Positions 23,916 through 35,623 of a stretch of 37,274 nt of DNA are shown here, piece after piece. The notes under the pieces are model-generated. The model was not told the origin of the DNA, ran no database searches, and worked only from the letters and a program-made list of their open reading frames with translations. The translations under genes were made by a program, and so were the position numbers. Within the stretch, counting starts at the first letter, position 1. Each line of letters opens with the position of its first letter. Origin of the DNA: Nemertoderma westbladi (taxonomy: Eukaryota; Animalia; Xenacoelomorpha). The stretch lies in assembly GCA_032718475.1 (NCBI GenBank), contig JAUCBJ010002033.1:1-37274 (forward strand), read 5' to 3'.

Positions 23916-24757
23916 GCGTTTGAACAACATGAATGCGATTTGAATTGATGTTTTAAAAAATGAACTATTAAAAACAGTGGGAAATGTAAAAGCAGATACC
24001 AAACTGAGAATACTAATCACTGTGCAGTGATCTTTACATTCCAAACTGTAATGTTAGCCTATTGAGAATCATATGAGATTGAGTAAACAAACGTACAGCC
24101 TTATAATCTTGGCAAAGCAACTCATCTCCACATTAATATTGGCCCAAATATTTTTTTTAATAAATACAATTATTATTATTAGACTTGATTTCTGTAAGAA
24201 AAAAAAGCTACTGGCTACTGACCTAGAGTTTAATGAATGAATGTTTACTCAGCCTCATAATGATTCTACATAAGGCTAACATTATAGTATGAAATATAAA
24301 AATCTGTCATTATAATAATATAATTGTTGTATTTAATTAATATCGTGGTTTACATTGAACAGTGTAAATTGTTAATCGCGGTTTACATTGAAACATCTCA
24401 ACTTGTTTTATTTATTACAAAAATAAGAACGAATTTGTCTTATCACTTCTTGTGCGCGATTGTATTGAATTGATGACAACTGCTGTTATTATTATTAATC
24501 AATTGACACCTCGACTCCTCTCTGAGACTCCGACAACTCTATCCGATAGAATAAAATAATCATTTCGCTAACTGCTCTCTATCTTCTATAATCACAACAG
24601 CTTTTATAATTCATTAGATGATTACAACATAATAATTTTAGTTTGAAGTTGTCTAGAAAATTTTTCGTACACCACCGGGACTACCCTCACACTAATTGAT
24701 TATCAGACAGAACAAAAAGCTTTTTCTTGACTCGTACTGTCTCCTACAACTTGCTTC

Positions 24758-24781
24758 ACGGGCCGCTAGGCCCGTCTCTAG
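24758..24781 (+). mobile_element. Possible Helitron-type 3' terminus
   Basis: GC-rich hairpin ACGGGCC-GCTA-GGCCCGT followed by CTCTAG then T. The hairpin-to-CTAG spacing is shorter than canonical and no 5' end was identified. Confidence 0.35.
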
Positions 24782-25646
24782 TTAGATGAGAATACAGTGC
24801 AATAGGACACATCACAATGCATCTAAAATTCATTCACCTGATTCACCACCTAACTTAGCAGAGTGAGTAACCTTATTGTAGATCTACCCTTAGGATGCAC
24901 TGGGAGAGCAATCAGCTTATAGGGTAATACATTAGAAACCAACAGCTTATGTGTGAATAATCATTGCCTTTCCTTATAGCCTACTAGTAAAACTTGGCAA
25001 CCAACATGGATTACTATGCCTGTGAATAACTCTGACCTATTAAAAGCCATATTTCATCGTGAACACCAGCTGTTATTAGTGTTATTTTACCATTGCGTCT
25101 ATGGCACTTTTCGTTTATGTAATAGGAGGACAGATAGTTAGCAGTTCATGAAAAGACTGTCTCGGACAGATTTCACTGATTGTTTTGTTCGTATGCCTAA
25201 CATATTAATAGATATGTCGATATGAAAAATCACAATTTAAGTGAAAAAATTTTGCATAACCAGTAACCACTCAAATCCTAAAAAACATCGATAAATTGGT
25301 TAAATGTCACTAAAAATCCTAATTGTGGTGTTTTACCGCATGAAAGATTTATTATCTACCTTATGAAACCAAAAATTATCTCTTAGGTACCCTAGGGGAA
25401 TTAGAATGTAGAAAAATGCTCCCCTGAACAATTAGGTTTTTGAGTGTTGAGTGGTTATGATAAAACACCATCGATATGTATTAACATCCATAGATTGTAT
25501 AAATTATTTATCCTGCTTAAGTTATTTAATTATAAATCAATATTTTAATACTACTTTAACTATAATTACGCGTTCTGCCCATAGTCGTTTTATTTGTAAA
25601 TTTACTTTGAGTTTTATTTAATTTGGTTTTTTAATGTTTAATATAT

Positions 25647-25678
25647 TCCGCTGAAGACACCCGAAATGCGCATACGGA
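25647..25678 (+). ncRNA. Hammerhead-like motif lacking stem II (possible Penelope/retrozyme remnant)
   Basis: TCCG-CTGAAGA-CACCC-GAAA-TGCGCA-TA-CGGA: stem I, both core boxes and palindromic stem III ATGCGCAT. Confidence 0.45.
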
Positions 25679-26242
25679 CATAAACTCTTTTATTTATATA
25701 CGTGGCAAGACCCTCAACCCAGTTCTTCCCTCCAGCCCCCTGGAGGCTCAACATATAAGAAACATAACAAACGTGCGAGATAAGGGACTGGTTCGCCGGT
25801 GGTAATCAATTATAATCTCATTTTTTAAATACTTTGTTGGATGGTCACAACAATACATATTATATAGATAACAATATATTTGGAGTACGTTTCGGATTCG
25901 GTTATGTGTACATTGTATTATTGCAAAGCAGAAGGAAGAAAGATAATTGATAGAAGATAATTAGTTTATTAGAAATAGGGTATTTTCACACTCTGCCCCT
26001 ATATGTATTTTCGCCCCCATATTGATCTGCGGTTACGTTTACGACATTATGAAATTTGCTTTCTAACAACAAAATATATATAGAATTAAAATTGCATTTT
26101 CCGGAAGTGGTATTATTTGAATTTAAACATTTATGATATATATTGCAAAAAAAAACTCTCAGCTGCAAAACTGTATAATAGTATACCAGCTGCAAAATAG
26201 TATACCAAACTGCTTAACTAAACATAATACAATCACAATAAT

Positions 26243-29200
26243 TTAATCAGTAGACGAACCGCTATTCCCGGCAACATCGCTGTTAAGTCGAGCGCGTTCT
26301 AAGGAACGCAGAGCCTTCAGCCGCAGCGCACGTTCCAGTTGGTCTAAGTTCCTCCCAGTACCTCGTTCATCAACATCCGACCCCGAACTCCGCAAACGAT
26401 GCCTCTTAGATTTCTTGGACGACTTACTTTTAGACTTTTTTCTATGTTTCTTCGGCTCCTCATCGCTTCGCTCTCTCCGAAGTTTCTTTGAGGATTGGCG
26501 TGACGTCATATTCTGATTGGAATGGAGTCTCGGAGGGCTGCCACTTCCGGCAGACTCTCGAGCTCGACCGTGTTTACCACTGCGCTCCCGCTGTTCCACG
26601 GGTTGTCTGTCCAGTCTCTGCGGGTACTCTGGGTCCGAGACGTCCGAGTCGCTGGCGCTCTCAGCGGGACGACCTCGCACCGGTTGCGGGTACCCCTCGT
26701 CGCTACCGCGCCGAATACGACTGCCCGACTCTCTCCCAGAGAGTTCACGACCTCCCCGTACGATCTGCTGGCCCCTGTCTGACTGATTGCGGGGTCTGCC
26801 CCCGCGATCCCTAGACCGATCTTTCCGAGACCGGCTCTCCAATGGGGACATTGATCTCATCCCGTCCGAAGGTTCGCCCTTCCGTCCACGTTTTGCTACA
26901 TATTGTTGCTCCTCATCCCCGGACTCAGACGATTCAGAGGAATCGACCTCAACCTTTTGGTGGACGTTAATGTAACGACCCCGTTGTTGATGTGACGAAC
27001 TACGATACTCATTGTTCCTCCCACGCTCCCCCTGCGGTGACTGCGGCTGTCTGCCAAAGTTTACTGTTTCAGAATGATTGTTAAAGTTCCCGTGCGACCG
27101 CGACTGCAGTTCGTCTGGGTCGGCATTGTGGAATGCTGATTTGTCAGCGAGACAATCGGGGCTCCTGGATCTGCGCCGTATACGAGTTCTTATTGGACTG
27201 GGACTCCGCTGACGGCTAAGGTGTCCTCCAGGACTATGGCGCCGGCGCCGCATAGGACTGGAGCTACGCTCAGTGTTATGACGCCGCATGGGACTGGGGT
27301 TGCGCTCATGGCTGTGGCGGCGAATGGGACTGGGGCTGCGCTCGGGAGTGTGGCGGCTGCGTACATGGATGTGGCGCCGCATGGGACTGGGACTGCGCTC
27401 GGGACTGTGGCGCCGCATAGGACTGGGGCTGCGCTTGGGGCTGTGGCGCCGCATAGGACTGGGGCTGCGCTTGGGGCTGTGGCGCCGCATAGGACTTGGT
27501 CTGTTCTCGGGATTGTGGCGCCGCAAGGGTCTGGTGCTACGCTCGGGGTTACGATGCTGCATGGGACTGGGGCTGCGCTCATGGCTATGGCCGCAAATGG
27601 GACTGGGGCTGCGCTCGTGAGTGTGGCGGCTGCGTACATGGATGTGGCGCCGCATGGGACTGGGACTGCGCTCGTAACTGTGGCGCCGCATAGGACTGGG
27701 GCTGCGCTTGGTGCTGTGGCGCCGCATAGGACTGGGCCTGCGCTCGGGAATGTGGCGCCGCATAGGACTAGGGCTGCGCTTGGGGCTGTGGCGCCGCATA
27801 GGACTGCGACTCTGCCGAGGACGCTGGTGTCCTTCGGGGCTGTGACTCCGTTCAATGCGCAGGTGACCAACCGGGCTGCGATGCTCAGGGCTGTGGCGGC
27901 GATCACGGCTGTGTCGCCGCTTGGGACTGGTGCGGCGTTCTAGACTATGACGTCGCTTTGGACTGTGGCGCCGCTTTGGGCTGCGGTGCCGTTTTGGACT
28001 GTGGCGCCGCTTTGGGCTGCGGTGCCGCTTTGGGCTTCTGATACGTTTCCCAGCCCCCGACTTGTGTCGGTGGCGAGACCCCGAGCGATCCCTCGAGCGA
28101 TTCCGTCTCCGGGATCGGGACCTGTGACGACGTCCAGATCGCGATCTCCGTCGGCTTCGCGAATCCGATCGACGTTTCCCGGAAAACCGACGTCGCTTCC
28201 GTTCCCGCGAACGCCATCCGCGTTCCCGTTCCCTCGATTTGTCCCGCCGATGGGTCCACTGGTCTTCAGAACCCGATCGCTGACGTCGTCTGGGTTTCGC
28301 ATCGACGCTCCCAGCCAGCGACGCAGCCCCTGGAGAGCCACCCTTGGAGCTCCGGGTACGACTTCGCGATCTATCAGTCCGACGGTAGTTCCTGTTCGGA
28401 TGCAGTTTGTTTGGAATTTTAACTGCCTGAGAGTCAATGCCACTTAGGCCTACTACTTTTTCTGGGCTCGCATTTCCATCCAATTTAGTTGCTTCCGATA
28501 CTTTTTGAGCAAGAGAATTTCCCATGTCATCAACATCAGCATTGAAATTAATATCCTTACCGGTGTTTAAATCTTGAGCTTCAATGCCGTCATCAATGAC
28601 TTTACCAACATGATCTACGCTCTCGATAGAATTCTTAATGTCAGAGTCTCTTTCTTGGAAGCGACGTCTAGGCTTGGGGCTAACAACCGGACAGCCTTCA
28701 TCCTTGGCTGCTATTGGAGACGATAACGGTTCGCTTTGCCGCATCCAGGGAGGAATTTTCTCAGACATGTTTTGGTCTGGAGGGGTCCGGCGTTTGCTCC
28801 TGTCCTCATGTCTACGAGACGAGTCGCTACCCTTGTTGGAACGCAAATTATCCTCAATTTGTTTCTGTACAGCCTGACGTTGGCGAATCTCCTGCTGCTT
28901 TTTGATAAGAAACTCCTCGGGAATGCCACCCGGTGTGTCCTGGGCGCTAAGTAACAAAGGCCACAGTTCAGCCATAAACTCTCTGGCATTCCGAGCGTTT
29001 AGGAAACCAGTTAAATTAATCTGCATTGACTTTGGATCGGGATTCTTATCCTCTTCCAACAAGTTGTATATAAATTCAATGACAACCTCATCTTCAAAAC
29101 CAAGAAAACCTGTAATCCTCTTAATAAGCCAGGGTTTGATTGATTCTAAGGTGACTTTACGCATATCCAGTTTAGTATTTAATACATCTGCAAATTTCAT

Positions 29201-29272
29201 TTGCTTCATTAATTTCTTTTGTTTAAAACGACTGTCTTGGTCTGAATTTGAGTTGCGAAACACTTCTCCCAT
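26243..29272 (-). CDS. SRRM1: Serine/arginine repetitive matrix protein 1-like (SRm160) splicing coactivator, PWI domain, single coding exon, 1009 aa
   Basis: N-terminus QDSRF..KKLMKQMKF..IKPWL..GFEDEVVIEF..MQINLTGFL..AREFMAELWPLLLSAQ..GIP matches the SRRM1 PWI domain as I recall it. Long RS/RSP region and C-terminal LERALRLKALRSL resemble the SRRM1 tail. Confidence 0.93.
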   Translation of the reverse strand: MGEVFRNSNSDQDSRFKQKKLMKQMKFADVLNTKLDMRKVTLESIKPWLIKRITGFLGFEDEVVIEFIYNLLEEDKNPDPKSMQINLTGFLNARNAREFMAELWPLLLSAQDTPGGIPEEFLIKKQQEIRQRQAVQKQIEDNLRSNKGSDSSRRHEDRSKRRTPPDQNMSEKIPPWMRQSEPLSSPIAAKDEGCPVVSPKPRRRFQERDSDIKNSIESVDHVGKVIDDGIEAQDLNTGKDINFNADVDDMGNSLAQKVSEATKLDGNASPEKVVGLSGIDSQAVKIPNKLHPNRNYRRTDRSRSRTRSSKGGSPGAASLAGSVDAKPRRRQRSGSEDQWTHRRDKSRERERGWRSRERKRRRFSGKRRSDSRSRRRSRSGRRHRSRSRRRNRSRDRSGSRHRHKSGAGKRIRSPKRHRSPKRRHSPKRHRSPKRRHSPKRRHSLERRTSPKRRHSRDRRHSPEHRSPVGHLRIERSHSPEGHQRPRQSRSPMRRHSPKRSPSPMRRHIPERRPSPMRRHSTKRSPSPMRRHSYERSPSPMRRHIHVRSRHTHERSPSPICGHSHERSPSPMQHRNPERSTRPLRRHNPENRPSPMRRHSPKRSPSPMRRHSPKRSPSPMRRHSPERSPSPMRRHIHVRSRHTPERSPSPIRRHSHERNPSPMRRHNTERSSSPMRRRRHSPGGHLSRQRSPSPIRTRIRRRSRSPDCLADKSAFHNADPDELQSRSHGNFNNHSETVNFGRQPQSPQGERGRNNEYRSSSHQQRGRYINVHQKVEVDSSESSESGDEEQQYVAKRGRKGEPSDGMRSMSPLESRSRKDRSRDRGGRPRNQSDRGQQIVRGGRELSGRESGSRIRRGSDEGYPQPVRGRPAESASDSDVSDPEYPQRLDRQPVEQRERSGKHGRARESAGSGSPPRLHSNQNMTSRQSSKKLRRERSDEEPKKHRKKSKSKSSKKSKRHRLRSSGSDVDERGTGRNLDQLERALRLKALRSLERARLNSDVAGNSGSSTD
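27200..28040 (-). repeat. Coding tandem repeats in SRRM1 (RSPSPMRRHSPE-type and RRHSPKRH-type)
   Basis: Repeated GCCGCATAGGACTGGGGCTGCGCT units on the plus strand. Confidence 0.9.
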
Positions 29273-29821
29273 TGTTAATGTTGGTGTTGGTTTATTATTC
29301 CAGTAGGCCTATTTAATTAACGATAACGAGTACAGTCTGTAGAAGGATGAAGGAAGGTAGGGCTGTCCTGTCCTGTAGGGTAGACGACCTACCGTAACAG
29401 ACTCCAACTATATCAGTATATACAGACAGACAGCTAGGCATACTGAGCTATCCAAATATAGTGATAAATACAAACAAACATAGGCTTAGATACATTACAA
29501 TAAGCTGCTAGGTTTCTAGGACATTGGCTTGGCATGGAACTATTACATTTACAGTACAGCAACAGCAGTAGGTACCGGTATTAACTAGTACCGAACCTAA
29601 ACTGTAGGCGATCAATTACAGAATTACTGAATTACCGATAGACTATAATTTTCACATGATGCATGATAACATTCTGACATTGCCTGATTGCAGCATTGAT
29701 TGAAATTGAATTTAATGACATACAGACATAGGCTGATACTGTGATACCGGTAGGCCTGTAGGCCTAACAACAATTATCCGTGAATTGGTATGACTGCAAA
29801 TTTAAAAAAAGAGGCTCACTC

Positions 29822-30674
29822 CAGGTTGGAATTCATGCTGTAAAACTCGGACGCGTCTGCGCGTACCTGCGCGAATGACCGCAAACCAGATGCGCGTTGC
29901 GCGTTTGGGTGAGACAGGTGCGCGTTCGGGTGAGACAGGTGCGCGTTGCGCGTTTGGGTGAGACAGGTGCGCGTTTGGGTGAGACAGGTGCGCGTTCGGG
30001 TGAGACAGGTGCGCGTTGCGCCTCAGCGCGCAGCTCTGATGCGCGCCACAAATTAATTGAAATCACGAAAATACACAAAAAAATTTCGCTCGCTTCGTTC
30101 GCGTTGTTTCTCACTTCCAATTCTTCAAACTGTCAAATCATTTCTCCATAATACTGTAATCCTGTACAGGCAACCGGAGCTGAATTTGTCTATTTATTTT
30201 AACTACAGTGACAGTACTCTATTGTTATTAGGCCTATGCCTATTGCCTATGTTACGTTAGTACCGGTAAACAGGTAAAGTCAGAAAGTAACAATGTATTA
30301 TAAGTATGACTTAACTATTGCATATTTATTCAAATTTTATACAGTAGACAGGTAGAGTAGGCCTAATGTATTTTCAAATGTAAATGTAGTGGATATTTTT
30401 TAATATTTAACAATTTTTTTTTGCAAAAATTACATGTATTATGTAGATTCAACGTACAGACAGACAGCCGTACTAAGATAAGCTTAAAACGCTCAAAGCT
30501 GTAAAATAGCAATGTAAAATTGTTCATATGACCTGCACGATTTTTTGAGATATGCATGACATGAGCTGCGCGATTTTGTATGGATGATGAGGTGCGCGAC
30601 GAGCCAATTTCAGGTGCGCGGTGATCTCAAAACAACAAAGCGTACCTGCGCGCTCATGCATGAATTCCAACCTG
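29822..30674. mobile_element. MITE-like element with 17-bp TIRs (CAG ends, hAT-like) upstream of SRRM1
   Basis: CAGGTTGGAATTCATGC (29822-29838) and GCATGAATTCCAACCTG (30658-30674); internal GGGTGAGACAGGTGCGCGTT repeats at about 29890-30020. No TSD recognised. Confidence 0.8.
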
Positions 30675-30863
30675 TCGGCACCGAGTCGGTGTCAGTGTGT
30701 AGCTTAGCTGTGTTCCTGTGTAGGGCTGTAGCGTCTGAGGGTGGAGGGTCAGAGGGTTGAGGGTGTGGCGTGTGGCATGGAGGCATGTGTGGGGCGGTGT
30801 GTCAGCGTACTGGCTGACTGGCACTGGTGTAGGGCGTGCCATGTACAGACAGACAGATGTAGT

Positions 30864-31181
30864 CAGTTAGGTACAATGGCCAAATTTGGCAATCTCAAAA
30901 GTTGCCACATATGGCAATGTTTATTGCCAAATCTGGCAACTTTTGGTTTTTCTAATTTTCGCACGCCCAGAAGCAAAATCGCATTTTGGTAAATAGTTAA
31001 GTGAAACGAGCGCGAAATTTAAATATAATTGACCGTATAAGAAAAAAAATCATCGTCTGAATTTCTCTTAGCAATAGGCCGAAATGTGCCTAAAATAATT
31101 ATTGCCATTTTGGGCAACCATTAGAATTAAAGAAAAATAATGGTTGCCATTTTTGGCAACAATTATTATTGTGCAGCCCTG
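30864..31181. repeat. TTGCCA/TGGCAA-rich repeat with an inverted counterpart at about 35930-36062
   Basis: CAGTTAGGTACAATGGCCAAATTTGGCAAT at 30864 mirrors ATTGCCAGATTTGGCCATTGTACCTAACTG ending at 36062. Confidence 0.7.
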
Positions 31182-31777
31182 TCAGTAACCCTGTCATTAT
31201 AAATTACTTCAAAATTGCTTACTGCTTGCTTACCCTTGTCGAGTTGTGATGATTTATAAACATTATTAGTTGATGAAATGTCAGAATGTAGGCCTATTTG
31301 ATATGTTGTTCTTGTTAATATGTTAATGGACAGATGGATGAGCCTGTAACAGATACCGTACTGGCTGGCAGACTGGTATGGGCATAAACAAATCTAGAGA
31401 ATCACATGCTTCAAAGGCTGAAATGGAAATAAACTTAATAATATTTGACAACGTCAGAACGTTAACATCACCAAAAGGCAGCAAGAAGGCAAGGGGGCAT
31501 TAAAGTTTGAGACGGCGTGACGGAAGAAAAATAGTGTCAAAATTTAGAAAGACTGAGAAAACCAAAACGCGTGTTAACAGGTTAAGGGATTCAAATTGTT
31601 TCTAGTAGGCCCTAATCAGATTTAGATTGCTGGGCAATTGTATCAGCATTACACAGTTACAATCTTTAACTACTAAACTGTTATTGGTACAAACAACAAT
31701 CAACCACCCCCCCAAGCAGCGCCAGAGATTACTAGCAAAAATGTCAAAAAAGCGAAAAAACTATCACCAGTCCAGAC

Positions 31778-32239
31778 TGGAATCCATACACTTTGCGCCG
31801 GATTAATCCGGCGCACTTTACAATAAAAGCGCGCCAATTTGGCGCGTGGCGCGCTCGAAAATCGTAAAGTGCGCCGGCTTTGGCGCGTGGCGCTCCCAAA
31901 ACTAAAACGCGGCGTCAATTTGTTGGTTTAACAATTACAGAAGTGCCTTAAAAATTGCATTAGCTGTTAAAAAAATTCGACTCGCTTCGCTCGCCTTTCT
32001 TTTTTTATGTTGTATGGTTGCTGCTGAACAGGGACATGTACAGCAGTACTGACATTGGCAGACTGGTTACACTCCTTCAAAATGTAAATTGCATTGGCGC
32101 GGCGCTCTTCAAAATTGTTTCAATGTGCGGTGCACTTAAAAATTTCTTTGGCGCGGGGTTTCTTCGAAATTGCATCGGCGCGCGGCGCGCATAAAAAATG
32201 GTTGGCGCGCTATCAGGCGCACTTTTTGGATGGATTCCA
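31778..32239. mobile_element. Small MITE-like element with GGCGCG subterminal repeats
   Basis: TGGAATCCAT at 31778 and ATGGATTCCA ending at 32239, with TGCGCC/GGCGCA just inside each end. Confidence 0.6.
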
Positions 32240-32245
32240 TACAGG

Positions 32246-35200
32246 CAGTAGGGAACATACCCTTAAATAAGCTCCTAAAGTGGGTTCTTATTTAAGGAAA
32301 ATGGCTCTTATTTGGGGGTTTTTGGGCCTTTTTTGGATATTTTTTCGACATAATATACAAGAACTTGTTTCAGTAAAAAATACCGCATAATTTTATTTCA
32401 CAATATAAAAGTTGGTTCTTTCTTGAACATAATGCAAAAAACCAGAAAACATTTCACCGTCCGGTTTTTTTTCTACAAGCGTTTTAAAATTGCATCAAAA
32501 ATACGACCAGTCCTAAATAAGAGTGATTTTTTAAATTGACCTTATTTAAGACATCGAAATTGTACACATAGATACTAAAAGTCCCTAAATAAGAACTTTT
32601 TGACCTGGGTTTCTTATTTAGGAATACAATTGTATTCCAAAATCTGCACATTCCTTAAATAAAATAAATATTCCTTATTCCTTACAGTATGTGTTACACT
32701 TCTTTCATAATTCTTTGATTTATGTCAGTCTTGTATATTGCTAATTGTTGGGTTAAGGAACACATAAATACTAAAAGTCCTTAAATAAGAACTTTTTGAC
32801 ATGGGTTTCTTATTTAGGTACACAATTTCATTCCAAAATCTGCATACTCCTTAAATAAATTAAATATTTCTCATTTCTCACAGAGAGTAGAAGCAGTTCC
32901 GCGACAATAATAATATTGCTCCTAAAAGAGGGCCCTTACTGCATCAGGGACGCGTTTTTCGACAGAGCCCCGTCAGCTGAAACAGCCAGTGCCGCTAGTC
33001 GATGGGGTTGACTTGTTGACGAGAGGCTATTACAGTATTATGAGGCGCAATGGGATACGCATTGCGTATCTCCTTCTGTCAACCAATAGGCCTACTGGCC
33101 TCATTTCTCATATATTAAATTAAATAAATTAAATTAAATATCCTTATATAATGTCTCTTATAACCTCGTCTCCCAGCACCGTCCTCCTTCTGTCCTTCTG
33201 CCCTTATCTGCTTATGACTGTATGACAGTTATGACCTCCTACCTGTCAGCCTGCCTAACGTTGACAGGACATTGCAAGATGCAGAGATAAGGGAGCTTCT
33301 GAGCTTAATTGGATAGGTGCAAAAATGCACCACGATCAACAATGACCAACAATAAGCAACAACGAGCAACAAATGAACAATGAGTAACAAAACAACGAGC
33401 AACAAATGAACAATGAGTAACAAAACAACGAGCAACAACGAGTAACAACGAGCAACAATGAGCAACAACGAGTAACATTGAGCAATAATAAAGTACAACA
33501 ACGAGCAATAATGAGGAACAACGAGAAACAGCGAGCAACAATGAAGAACAACGACTGAACGAGCAATAATAAAGTACAACAACGAGCAACAATGAGCAAC
33601 AATGAGTAACAATGAGTAATAATGAGCAACAACGAGAAACAGCGAGCAACAATGAGCAACAACGAGTAACAATGAGCAACAACGAGTACAACGGGTAATA
33701 TTGAGCAACAATGAGATACAATGAGCACCAACGAGCAACAATGAGCAATAATAAAGTACAACAACGAGCAACAATGAGCAACAGCGAGAAACAACGAGCA
33801 ACAATCAATGAGGAACAACGACTGAACGAGCAACAATGAGCAACAACGAGTAAGAGTAACATTGAGAAACAACGAGCAACAATGAGCAATAATAAAGTAC
33901 AACAACGATCAACAATGAGCAATAATAAAGTCAACAATGAGCAATAATGAGCAACAACGACTGAATGAGCAACGAGTAACAATGAGCAATAATAAAGTAC
34001 AACAACGAGTAACATTGAGCAACAATGAGAAACAACGAGCAACAATGAGCTATAATAAAGTACAACAACGAGCAATAATGAGACAACAACGACTGAACGA
34101 GCAACAACGAGTAACATTGAGCAACAATGAGCAACAATGAGCAATAATAAAGTACAACAACGAGTAACAACTAGAAACAACGAGCAACAATGAGGAACAA
34201 CGACGGAACAGAGCAATAATAAAGTACAACAAAACTGCAAAACGAGCAACAACGAGTAACAATGAGCAATAATAGGCAAAAACGAGCAACAAACTGCGTC
34301 GAACCGGATTGAATGTGGGGGAGAGCCACGTTCAAGTGAGCGAAGCCTTAGCATATGGGTGCCATTAACGAGTTGTCTGTCGTCGTCGTAAATTTTTTAT
34401 CGCTAATAACTCGGTCATTCCTTGATGAAATTAAACGAAACTTGGTAGTGTATGGTAGTCTGTCAAAAGATTAGAAATAATCTGAAGTTTGGTAAAAAAC
34501 AAACGAACGCAATGAGGCAAATTAAGGAGACGAAGTATTGTGTTGAACGACCTCTGACTAACGAAAGACAACATGTTAATGGGGCCCCTATCAGCGCTAG
34601 GGCTAGCTAAGGCTTTGCTCACTTCATGCTGCGCAAAGGTCCCACGAACGTGTCCCACTGCCTGCCTGAGCCAGTTGAGCCAAAACGTCATCCAGTCATC
34701 ATCTTTAACCTTCATAACGTCTATCAGCTGCCAGACCGAACCATCTTTGTATTTGTGCTTGCTGTATTGACATGACATTGACATTGGCTATTGCTTTTTT
34801 CACGCCTTTCAAGTACAACATTGTGGACAATCCATCTAAGTGGGGCGTAACGCGGAGCAGAAGAGGAAATGCAGGACACAAGTTAGTTTTTCGAAACTGT
34901 GCGGCGATGTCCAGTTACTTGAGTCATGTCTCTATCGAAATACGTGACAATGTATGTGCGCTCAGATGGGCGATGGGCTATTCTTTTGAATATCAATGGG
35001 CTATTCTATGCTACCGTGTGAGGTAAGAATGCCAGTGCTAGCAACTTCATTATGATACGATATTCTATAGAGGATTTATAGAGTGCAGTGCAACCATTGT
35101 CCTTATCCTTAACCCAACAATTAGCAATATACAGACTGACATAAATCAAAGAATTATGAAAGAAGTGTAACACCTAGGTACTGTAAGGAATAAGGAATAT

Positions 35201-35623
35201 TTAATTTATTTAAGGCATGTGCAGATTTTGGAATACAATTGTATTCCTAAATAAGAAACCCAGGTCAAAAAGTTCTTATTTAGGGACTTTTAGTATTTAT
35301 GTGTACAATTTCGATATCTTAAATAAGGTAAATTTAAAAAATCCCCCTTATTTAGGAACTGGTCGTATTTTTGATGCAATTTTAAAACGCTTGTAGAAAA
35401 AAAACCGGACGGTGAAATGTTTTCTGGTTTTTTGCATTATGTTCAAGAAAGACCCAACTTTTACATTGTGAAATAAAATTATGCGGTATTTTTTCCTGAA
35501 ACAAGTTATTGCATATTATATCGAAAAAATATCCAAAAAAGGCCCAAAAACCCCTAAATAAGAGCCATTTTCCTTAAATAAGAACCCACTTTTGGAGCTT
35601 ATTTAAGGGTATGTTCCCTACTG
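32246..35623. mobile_element. Long-TIR (about 515 bp) non-autonomous element
   Basis: 32246-32760 (CAGTAGGGAACATACCCTTAAATAAGCTCC...) is a near-perfect reverse complement of about 35107-35623. About 32760-32880 duplicates about 32565-32690. No transposase or TSD recognised. Confidence 0.85.
33330..34292. repeat. Degenerate 10-bp-based satellite (AACAACGAGC/AACAATGAGC)
   Basis: Continuous low-complexity array with a recurring AATAATAAAGTACAACAACG motif; it explains the spurious Leu/Cys/Val-rich ORFs. Confidence 0.92.

Noticed and set aside
26488-29306. Many overlapping ORFs within SRRM1
   Set aside because: Alternative-frame and antisense shadows of a GC-rich repetitive CDS.
33229-34354. Hydrophobic Leu/Cys/Val-rich ORFs resembling membrane proteins
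   Set aside because: Translation of the AAC-rich satellite.
34431-35026. Possible transposase remnant inside the long-TIR element
   Set aside because: No recognisable motif; would need BLASTX.
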